From a virus: DNA of 64,000 nt. The stretch lies in IMG/VR virus record IMGVR_UViG_3300025009_000896, positions 1-64,000 of that record, one strand, 5' to 3'. Below the pieces are notes generated by a model. That model was given only the letters and a program-made list of their open reading frames with translations, ran no database searches and was not told the DNA's origin. Of the stretch, positions 53,383-59,448 are shown one piece after another (positions within the stretch are counted from its first letter, which is position 1; each line of letters begins with the position of its first letter). The position numbers were made by a program, and so were the translations under genes.

Positions 53383-53453
53383 TGAGGCTTCGTTTAACGG
53401 TAGGACGCACGGCTTATACCCATGTAATCAGAGTCCAATTCTCTGAGCCTCAA
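53383..53453 (+). tRNA. tRNA-Ile(TAT)
   Basis: TGAGGCT/AGCCTCA; loop CTTATAC; resembles the Ile(GAT) gene at 53871. Confidence 0.8.
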
Positions 53454-53455
53454 CT

Positions 53456-53529
53456 GTGTCAGATGCTCGTATGGACAGAGTGACGGATTGTGACTCCGTT
53501 AGAAGCCAGTTCAAATCTGGTCTGACACC
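53456..53529 (+). tRNA. tRNA-His(GTG)
   Basis: GTGTCAG/CTGACAC, C73; ACGGA-TTGTGAC-TCCGT. Confidence 0.85.
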
Positions 53530-53533
53530 CTAT

Positions 53534-53604
53534 GTTCGGTTCGTCTATCGGTAGGACGGCGGGTTTTCATCCCGTAAAGGCGAGTTCGATTCTCGCACCG
53601 AATA
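53534..53604 (+). tRNA. tRNA-Glu(TTC)
   Basis: GTTCGGT/ACCGAAT; GCGGG-TTTTCAT-CCCGT. Confidence 0.9.
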
Positions 53605-53609
53605 CATAT

Positions 53610-53680
53610 TGCCCTGTCGTATAGAGGTGGTACACATGGCTTTGAACCATGCGGAGAAGGGTCAGTACCTTCCGGGGCAT
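53610..53680 (+). tRNA. tRNA-Gln(TTG)
   Basis: TGCCCTG/CGGGGCA; CATGG-CTTTGAA-CCATG; atypical T-loop GTCAGTA. Confidence 0.8.
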
Positions 53681-53689
53681 CAAAATAAA

Positions 53690-53720
53690 TTTGCATATTA
53701 AATTAAAAGTATTATCTTTG
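53690..53720 (+). promoter_or_regulatory. Bacteroidetes -33/-7 promoter of tRNA operon 2
   Basis: TTTG...TATCTTTG. Confidence 0.85.
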
Positions 53721-53739
53721 CAGTAATTAAGGCATAAGG

Positions 53740-53814
53740 ATGCAAATGGTAAGAAAAAATATGGTGAATATTGACCGCACAGGCGCAACCGTGCGAAAGG
53801 GTATCCCCATATAG
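53740..53814 (+). CDS. Attenuator leader peptide 2, MQMVRKNMVNIDRTGATVRKGIPI
   Basis: 22 of 24 residues are M/V/R/K/N/I/D/T/G/A, the amino acids of the 11 downstream tRNAs. Confidence 0.8.
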   Translation: MQMVRKNMVNIDRTGATVRKGIPI

Positions 53815-53839
53815 TTCTTTGAAAGGATTATTAAGGCGG

Positions 53840-53870
53840 ATGCCCTCACAAAATGGGGGCATTTTTATTT
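53840..53870 (+). terminator. Attenuator terminator 2
   Basis: ATGCCCTCA-CAAAA-TGGGGGCAT followed by Ts; competing AGGGTATCC at 53798-53806 pairs with GGATGCCCT. Confidence 0.85.
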
Positions 53871-53941
53871 TGGCTTATAGTTTAATGGTAGAACGCCTCG
53901 CTGATACCGAGGTAATTCAAGTCCGATTCTTGGTGAGCCAA
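53871..53941 (+). tRNA. tRNA-Ile(GAT)
   Basis: TGGCTTA/TGAGCCA; CCTCG-CTGATAC-CGAGG. Confidence 0.85.
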
Positions 53942-53947
53942 CAACAT

Positions 53948-54018
53948 TGTGGGGTAGAGTAACGGTAACTCGTGGGGCCCATAACCCCAAGCTGAGGGTT
54001 CAACTCCCCCTCCCGCAA
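53948..54018 (+). tRNA. tRNA-Met(CAT), initiator-like
   Basis: TGGGG-CCCATAA-CCCCA with consecutive G-C pairs in the anticodon stem. Confidence 0.8.
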
Positions 54019-54024
54019 CTAATT

Positions 54025-54098
54025 GGGAATGTAGCTCGTATGGAAGTAGCTACGGCCTGTTAAGCCGAAGGTAGAAGGTTCGAGTCCTTCCGTTCCCG
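54025..54098 (+). tRNA. tRNA-Asn(GTT)
   Basis: GGGAATG/CGTTCCC, G73; CGGC-CTGTTAA-GCCG. Confidence 0.85.
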
Positions 54099-54102
54099 CA
54101 AT

Positions 54103-54174
54103 GCTCTTATGGTGTAATGAACAGCACAGGGGTCTTCTAATCCCTTAGTTTGGGTTTGATTCCTAATAGGAGCA
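54103..54174 (+). tRNA. tRNA-Arg(TCT)
   Basis: GCTCTTA/TAGGAGC; loop CTTCTAA. Confidence 0.8.
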
Positions 54175-54179
54175 CAAAT

Positions 54180-54254
54180 GCCTTCGTCGGCCCCTTGGTG
54201 GGGAACCAGACTGTCACTCTGGTAAAACAGACGGATCGTAACCGTTCGGGGGCG
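54180..54254 (+). tRNA. tRNA-Asp(GTC)
   Basis: GCCTTCG/CGGGGGC, G73; CCAGA-CTGTCAC-TCTGG; atypical T-loop ATCGTAA. Confidence 0.75.
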
Positions 54255-54257
54255 CAA

Positions 54258-54332
54258 GGGCTGTTCGTATAGTGGCTATTACTTCTGTTTTGCAAGCAGG
54301 AAACGAGATTTCGATTATCTCACAGTCCACCA
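54258..54332 (+). tRNA. tRNA-Ala(TGC)
   Basis: G3:U70 identity pair; loop TTTGCAA; encoded CCA. Confidence 0.85.
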
Positions 54333-54334
54333 AT

Positions 54335-54406
54335 GCGGGATAGGTGTTGACACATACACAGGAGTCTTCCAAACTTCAGTAGACGGAGGGTTACCGTCAT
54401 CCCGCT
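54335..54406 (+). tRNA. tRNA-Gly(TCC)
   Basis: GCGGGAT/ATCCCGC, U73; loop CTTCCAA; atypical D-loop and T-loop. Confidence 0.75.
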
Positions 54407-54410
54407 CTAA

Positions 54411-54481
54411 GTGATCGTAGCAAATCGGTTATGCCCCGCCCTTTTAAGGCGGTGAGATTGGTTCGACTCCAATCGGTCACA
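54411..54481 (+). tRNA. tRNA-Lys(TTT)
   Basis: GTGATCG/CGGTCAC; CCGCC-CTTTTAA-GGCGG. Confidence 0.85.
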
Positions 54482-54486
54482 CAAAT

Positions 54487-54559
54487 GCGCTCATAGCATA
54501 ATGGAAAGTGTGCAAGGCTACGAACCTTGGCGGTTGGAGTTCGACTCTTCATGGGCGTA
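54487..54559 (+). tRNA. tRNA-Arg(ACG)
   Basis: GCGCTCA/TGGGCGT; CAAGG-CTACGAA-CCTTG. Confidence 0.9.
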
Positions 54560-54564
54560 CTAAT

Positions 54565-54636
54565 GCTCCATAAGCATTGATGGCGATGCGCTAGTCTTGT
54601 AAACTTGAAAGCAGGGTTCGATTCCTTGATGGAGCT
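54565..54636 (+). tRNA. tRNA-Thr(TGT)
   Basis: GCTCCAT/ATGGAGC; loop CTTGTAA. Confidence 0.85.
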
Positions 54637-54692
54637 CAGGTGGAATTTACAAACTATTTGGAGGTTACAAATCTTTTGTATATCTTTGTGTT

Positions 54693-55112
54693 ATGGAAAA
54701 GAAAAAAGAATGTCCTAAATGTGGAATTAAAAAAACAATAGATTATTTTACTAAGTCTAAATCGCGCAAGGATGGGTTTGGGTCTTTTTGCCTAGAGTGT
54801 GGAAGAAAATACGGGCGGCTTCATTATAAAAATAATAAAGCTGAATATATTAAAAGAATATCCTCTAACAAAGAAAGGGTTCGTGATCTTTATATAACTC
54901 TTAAAAAGTCATATGTATGCAGTAAGTGCGGGGACAATAGATGGTATGTGTTAGATTTTCATCACGAAGGAAATAAGGAATCTGACATAGCCCATATGGC
55001 ATCGGAGGGATATTCAATAGATTCCATTAAAAAAGAGATAGAAAAATGTATAGTGTTATGTTCTAATTGCCACAGAGAATTACATTACAAACAAAATGGG
55101 GGCATAGTTTAA
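54693..55112 (+). CDS. HNH endonuclease inserted in the tRNA array
   Basis: CxxC...CxxC, C.KCG...LDFHH...EIEKC.VLCSNCHRE.H; own TATCTTTG at 54681-54688. Confidence 0.85.
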   Translation: MEKKKECPKCGIKKTIDYFTKSKSRKDGFGSFCLECGRKYGRLHYKNNKAEYIKRISSNKERVRDLYITLKKSYVCSKCGDNRWYVLDFHHEGNKESDIAHMASEGYSIDSIKKEIEKCIVLCSNCHRELHYKQNGGIV

Positions 55113-55167
55113 TTGGCAAAACGTTTGTGTTACATACAAGTCATGACGTTCGAGTCGTCTGCCCCTA
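55098..55167 (+). tRNA. tRNA-Val(TAC)
   Basis: GGGGGCA/TGCCCCT; TTTGT-GTTACAT-ACAAG; 4-bp T-stem. Confidence 0.7.
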
Positions 55168-55175
55168 CTAATATT

Positions 55176-55199
55176 GTTCGATTCCAGTAGAGACTACAA
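55176..55199 (+). pseudogene. tRNA 3'-half remnant
   Basis: GTTCGATTCCAG-TAGAGACTA-CAA with no 5' half. Confidence 0.45.
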
Positions 55200-55204
55200 G
55201 TTTA

Positions 55205-55236
55205 TTTGCATATATTAAAAACAATGATTACCTTTG
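55205..55236 (+). promoter_or_regulatory. Bacteroidetes -33/-7 promoter of tRNA operon 3
   Basis: TTTG...TACCTTTG. Confidence 0.85.
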
Positions 55237-55243
55237 CCTTGAA

Positions 55244-55303
55244 ATGAGAAATTGTTGGTCATATAGTTCGTTTTTACTCTTGCTCTCAAAGCGAGGTAGA
55301 TGA
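55244..55303 (+). CDS. Attenuator leader peptide 3, MRNCWSYSSFLLLLSKRGR
   Basis: TCA TAT AGT TCG TTT TTA CTC TTG CTC TCA match the downstream Ser/Tyr/Leu tRNAs. Confidence 0.8.
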   Translation: MRNCWSYSSFLLLLSKRGR

Positions 55304-55325
55304 CCTATATATCCATATAGCATAG

Positions 55326-55356
55326 ACCTCGCCCATAAAGCGGGGTTTTTTATTTT
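55326..55356 (+). terminator. Attenuator terminator 3
   Basis: ACCTCGC-CCATAAA-GCGGGGT followed by Ts; competing GCGAGGT at 55291-55297. Confidence 0.85.
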
Positions 55357-55432
55357 GCTCCGGTAGCCCAATTGGTAGAATGGCAACGGGTTTAAGCCCC
55401 GTTCAGTGTCGGTTCGAATCCGACTCGGAGTA
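55357..55432 (+). tRNA. tRNA-Leu(TAA), short variable loop
   Basis: GCTCCGG/TCGGAGT; ACGGG-TTTAAGC-CCCGT. Confidence 0.85.
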
Positions 55433-55437
55433 CAAAT

Positions 55438-55513
55438 GCCGCAGTAGCAGAATTGGCACGTGCGTTAGTCTTAGAAACTAATAGTTATGTGAGTTCGAAT
55501 CTCACCTGCGGTA
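55438..55513 (+). tRNA. tRNA-Leu(TAG), short variable loop
   Basis: GCCGCAG/CTGCGGT; TTAGT-CTTAGAA-ACTAA. Confidence 0.85.
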
Positions 55514-55517
55514 CTAA

Positions 55518-55609
55518 GGATGGGTGAACCCCAGTTGGCCTAAGGGGGACGGTCTTGAAAACCGTAGGTCGCTCAAAACGGCGTGGGGGTTCGAGTCCCT
55601 CCCCATCCG
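55518..55609 (+). tRNA. tRNA-Ser(TGA)
   Basis: GGATGGG/CCCATCC, G73; ACGGT-CTTGAAA-ACCGT; long variable arm. Confidence 0.85.
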
Positions 55610-55615
55610 CAATAT

Positions 55616-55684
55616 GGGAGTAATTCTTTGGAGAAGACGGGTCTGTAACACCCCAAATAGAAAGTTCGATGCTTCCTACTCCCA
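55616..55684 (+). tRNA. tRNA-Tyr(GTA), minimal (short D-loop, no long arm)
   Basis: GGGAGTA/TACTCCC; GGGT-CTGTAAC-ACCC. Confidence 0.7.
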
Positions 55685-55689
55685 CTAAT

Positions 55690-55774
55690 GGAGGGCTGCT
55701 GTAATGGTATCAGAGCGGTTCGCTAAACCGTCCGTCAGCAATGGCGTGGCAGGGTTCGACTCCCCCGTCCTCCG
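55690..55774 (+). tRNA. tRNA-Ser(GCT)
   Basis: GGAGGGC/GTCCTCC, G73; loop TCGCTAA; long variable arm. Confidence 0.8.
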
Positions 55775-55823
55775 CACTGATTTCTCACATTCACTATCTT
55801 TGTGGATATAAAAATATCCGCAA

Positions 55824-58181
55824 GTGATTAGACTCGAAAAGTATATCGGCGGGATAAGCCCAAGTAGAGACATAGCCCCCGAGAAAAAGACAGAAGTATA
55901 TTGTAGAAAAAATGCCGAGTTTCTGTATGGTCTTTGGTGCGGATCGGCCACAGCTTGGGGCTATGACTCCCTCTCGTTTTTTAATGAGATGCGGCAGTAT
56001 AGCAATGGGGCTCAGGATACAAATCAATATAAAAGTTTTTTAACCAACTCGGGGGCAAATAACTCTGAGACTTTTAGTCTGTATGATAATGATGCAGGCA
56101 TAACGCAACGAGCAAAACGCGACGGATATTATAACCTGCTATGGCAGAATCTTTCTCCTGCGCCGAAGATTCTCAATGCATTACACGGGGCTTTGGGTTC
56201 TTATGATTACGATCTTTACTGCGATACCATAGATGCCAATTCGAGGGGATTGGTAGAGTTTGAAAAGTTTAAGAAGTTTCACGAGGCTCGTGATATAAAG
56301 TGGCAAACGGAATATAAAACTAAGGCAGGTATCCCCGTCGACGAAGACGCTAACTTTCCTAAGACACTTGAGGAATTAGAAGCCTTCTCCGCAAGGGAAG
56401 GGTTTAAACTGAATATAGCCCGTGCTATGCAGAAGGTGCTAAGGCATGGGTTTAATGTCAGCGATTGGGACGGGTCTATCAGGAAGAAGCTGTTAGACGA
56501 CCTTATTACTTTAGGCTACTGCGCCGCAGAAGACTTGTATGACGACGAAGATAGGCTGTTTAAAACACAATGGCTTGACCCCGCAAGGACTGTGATGCAA
56601 TTTTCCCACGAGAAAGATTATTCGGATGCAGAATATGGTGGGCACTTCTCAGAGTGGACAATCTCTAATGTAAGGCGTAAAAGACCTGATCTTACTGAAG
56701 ATGAGTTGTATGCTTTGGCTAAAAACAATAAGGGCAATTTTAACAACCCAACAATACAGTGGGGGGAGAGAACGAGTATGCTTGACATAACAAGTAACTC
56801 TTACCTTTATGATGACTTCAAGGTAGCAGTGTTTAAGGCTTATTGGATAGATACCGACACTTACAAGAGCCTCTACTATAACAACAACTCCGGTCGGGAG
56901 ATGGTCAAAGAGGTGGGGTATGATGAGAAGATAACCCCCTTAACCAAAAACCAAATAGCTAAAGGCAAAAAGCAAGAGGTAAAACAGACTAAAATCAGGG
57001 TTGTTTATCAGTGTTCATGGGTAGTGGGGTCTGAGATATGTTGGGATCATGGTAAGCTATTGATGGGTGCAAGGCCGCAGCCGTCTAAGCCTAAGATACC
57101 TATCCACGTTGAGCAGTTGCTACAACCTTCTATTGTCTACAGGCTTAAGCCTATCTTAGACTCAATAGCCTTGACGTGGCTACAGCATCAGAACTCTATG
57201 GCTAAGATGATAGAGAAGGGCTATGCCGTGAATATGAGCATGTTGATGAATGTAACGATGAATGGGAAGGATGCATTAGACCCTGCTGGTGTTTTAAATA
57301 TGTGGAAGCAGACGGGGATTCTACCTTATATGTATGGTGGGGCTAATGGGCAATACCCGGGTGGGGCCGCTATTCCCGTCACTCCTATTGACGGAGGATT
57401 AGGGAATAGAATACAGGAGACCGCTATGGCCTTAGAGACTAACTTCAAGCTAATTGAGGAGATAGTGGGGATAAACCCTGTTGCAATGGGGTCTACTCCT
57501 ACTAAAGACTCACAGGTAGGTACTACCGAGATGGCGATGCAGGCCACATCCAACGTGCTTAAACCTATAGTAGAGGGTATGTTCGAGATCAAGCAGAGTC
57601 TTGGTTCAAGTTTAATGTTAAGAACACAGATAGGTCTTAGGGTAGATAAAGACATAAGAGATGCCTATGCAGGTATTATCTCTCCTTCTGATATTAAGTC
57701 GTTGGTTTTGGCAGAACACAATAGTGTTCAGTATGGCATTAGCCTTAAGGCCAAGCCTGATGATAAACGTAAAGCTACGCTGCTTAACTTCATTACTCTT
57801 GAAGTAGAGAAGGGCACATTGGGTTCACCGGAAGGAATGTACTTTGCCGAAAGATTAGAATCGGGTGCAGACATGATAGAACTCCGTCAGGAGATAGCCT
57901 ATGCAATAGAAAAAGGACAGCAGCGTAAGATGCAAGAGTCGTTGGCTACTATCCAAGAGCAGAATAAGGGTATGCTTGAAAACGAACAGCTTAAGGGGCA
58001 GAACGAACAGGCTAAGATCAATGCCGAGGGACAGGTGAAGATGGCTGAAGAAGCCCTAAGAGGGGATATAAAGCATAAGTTACAGAGACAACAGAATAAT
58101 GCAGAATTAATGAGCAGACTCTTTGATGATGTGGCTGCTGAAAAAGAAATAAAGAATGACAACACCAGAAGACAGGCTTAA
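55824..58181 (+). CDS. Portal protein
   Basis: 785 aa, between TerL and scaffold/MCP; R.YS.G.QD..QYK, I.EIVGIN....GSTP, Gln-rich helical C-terminus; promoter at ~55796. Confidence 0.8.
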   Translation: MIRLEKYIGGISPSRDIAPEKKTEVYCRKNAEFLYGLWCGSATAWGYDSLSFFNEMRQYSNGAQDTNQYKSFLTNSGANNSETFSLYDNDAGITQRAKRDGYYNLLWQNLSPAPKILNALHGALGSYDYDLYCDTIDANSRGLVEFEKFKKFHEARDIKWQTEYKTKAGIPVDEDANFPKTLEELEAFSAREGFKLNIARAMQKVLRHGFNVSDWDGSIRKKLLDDLITLGYCAAEDLYDDEDRLFKTQWLDPARTVMQFSHEKDYSDAEYGGHFSEWTISNVRRKRPDLTEDELYALAKNNKGNFNNPTIQWGERTSMLDITSNSYLYDDFKVAVFKAYWIDTDTYKSLYYNNNSGREMVKEVGYDEKITPLTKNQIAKGKKQEVKQTKIRVVYQCSWVVGSEICWDHGKLLMGARPQPSKPKIPIHVEQLLQPSIVYRLKPILDSIALTWLQHQNSMAKMIEKGYAVNMSMLMNVTMNGKDALDPAGVLNMWKQTGILPYMYGGANGQYPGGAAIPVTPIDGGLGNRIQETAMALETNFKLIEEIVGINPVAMGSTPTKDSQVGTTEMAMQATSNVLKPIVEGMFEIKQSLGSSLMLRTQIGLRVDKDIRDAYAGIISPSDIKSLVLAEHNSVQYGISLKAKPDDKRKATLLNFITLEVEKGTLGSPEGMYFAERLESGADMIELRQEIAYAIEKGQQRKMQESLATIQEQNKGMLENEQLKGQNEQAKINAEGQVKMAEEALRGDIKHKLQRQQNNAELMSRLFDDVAAEKEIKNDNTRRQA

Positions 58182-58377
58182 GTGGGCGTTTAATATACTC
58201 GCTAAGGGTGGTTTAGATTCCGTGGATTTGTATGCAGAGTTAGGCAAGACCGAGGCTTTGGTGGGCGGTATGGGTCTTATGTCTCCACCTCCGATGGCTC
58301 CGTCAGTCAATTCCGGTATTTCCGAACAACCACCTGTTACGAAGAATCCACAGAACTTAAACAATTTAATGCAGTAA
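58156..58377 (+). CDS. Hypothetical protein
   Basis: ORF overlapping the portal end. Confidence 0.45.
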   Translation: MTTPEDRLKWAFNILAKGGLDSVDLYAELGKTEALVGGMGLMSPPPMAPSVNSGISEQPPVTKNPQNLNNLMQ

Positions 58378-58380
58378 GCC

Positions 58381-59391
58381 ATGCCGGGAATACGAATAGG
58401 GATTGGGGTTGATAGGAGTAGGCCCATTGGGGTTTCGTGGAATGCGTACTGGACTACACGAACCCCGACAGCGTTAATCTTAACGGCATTGTCTCCGACC
58501 TCAATCAGGGCAGCATGGACAAATGCGGGAACGGGCTTTGATGGTCATAGTATTGAGTTAAGCACAGACGGGGTAGCATTTACCGAGGAAGATACCGTGC
58601 TTATAGGAACCAATACTCTTGACATTACAGGGCTTGACTCAGGAACTCTTTACTATGTTAGGGTGCGGGCTTACAAGGAGACCGAATACAGTCCTTATTG
58701 TGATATTGTATCTGAAGAGACAATATCTCTGCCTAGTCAGATAGCTAACTTATATGCGTGGTATGATCCGTCACAACTAACGGGGTATAATGATGATGGG
58801 GCCGTAGCTCCGCTTTCCGACTTTGGTGGTAGTAATAGACATCTTGCGCAGACAACGGCTGGTTTAAAGGGTATTTACAAGACCAATGTGTTAAATGGAA
58901 AGCCATCAGTGCGCACTGATGGCTCAGATGATTATTGGCAGTTGTATGGAACTTTCCCATCTCAACCTTTTACAGCCTTTTTGGCAGTGAAAAGGTTGGC
59001 GGGGGTTGACTATAAATCAGCATTGGGGACAGGTGGTAGTACAGGGATTATAGCCTTTGCCAATGACACTGAGATAAGAATAGGCAATGGAACTGCATTG
59101 GCTAAGACAGGACTTGCCTCGCTATTAAACCGTGCAATTATTGTTAGTGCCGTAAATAACGGGGCTAATAGTGTGTTGGCTATCAATGGGGGCGAGCCTT
59201 CATCTGGAAATTCAGGTACTAGTAATGGAGATAGAATTTGCGTAGGTGACCTAGCTTCATCCGGGTCAACCAAGATTAATGCTGATTATTTTGATGCTAT
59301 AATATATACGGGGGCGTTTGACGCAACAGCAAGACGTAGGGTTGAAAAATACTTATCATGGAAATATGCTATTGAGTTAGAGCCTATATGA
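58381..59391 (+). CDS. FN3 + LamG/ConA-like virion decoration protein
   Basis: MPGIRIGIG start; PTAL.LTA.S.TSI..AW...GL.SGT.YYVRVRAY; LYAWYD...VEKYLSWKY. Confidence 0.65.
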   Translation: MPGIRIGIGVDRSRPIGVSWNAYWTTRTPTALILTALSPTSIRAAWTNAGTGFDGHSIELSTDGVAFTEEDTVLIGTNTLDITGLDSGTLYYVRVRAYKETEYSPYCDIVSEETISLPSQIANLYAWYDPSQLTGYNDDGAVAPLSDFGGSNRHLAQTTAGLKGIYKTNVLNGKPSVRTDGSDDYWQLYGTFPSQPFTAFLAVKRLAGVDYKSALGTGGSTGIIAFANDTEIRIGNGTALAKTGLASLLNRAIIVSAVNNGANSVLAINGGEPSSGNSGTSNGDRICVGDLASSGSTKINADYFDAIIYTGAFDATARRRVEKYLSWKYAIELEPI

Positions 59392-59448
59392 CCGGCAAGT
59401 GTATTCCTCCACAACGAGGCGAGTACTATCTACGTTAGCCCCGACGGA

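Noticed and set aside
53170-55356. T-box riboswitch explanation for the tRNA leaders
   Set aside because: Leaders are too short and lack the T-box UGGNACC bulge and stem I; translated codon-matched ORFs fit ribosome-mediated attenuation better.
53201-56027. ORF-track ORFs overlapping the tRNA array (e.g. 53253-53483, 53771-53962, 54060-54257, 55485-55951)
   Set aside because: Shadow ORFs over tRNA genes and leaders; the cloverleafs and short leader ORFs explain the sequence.
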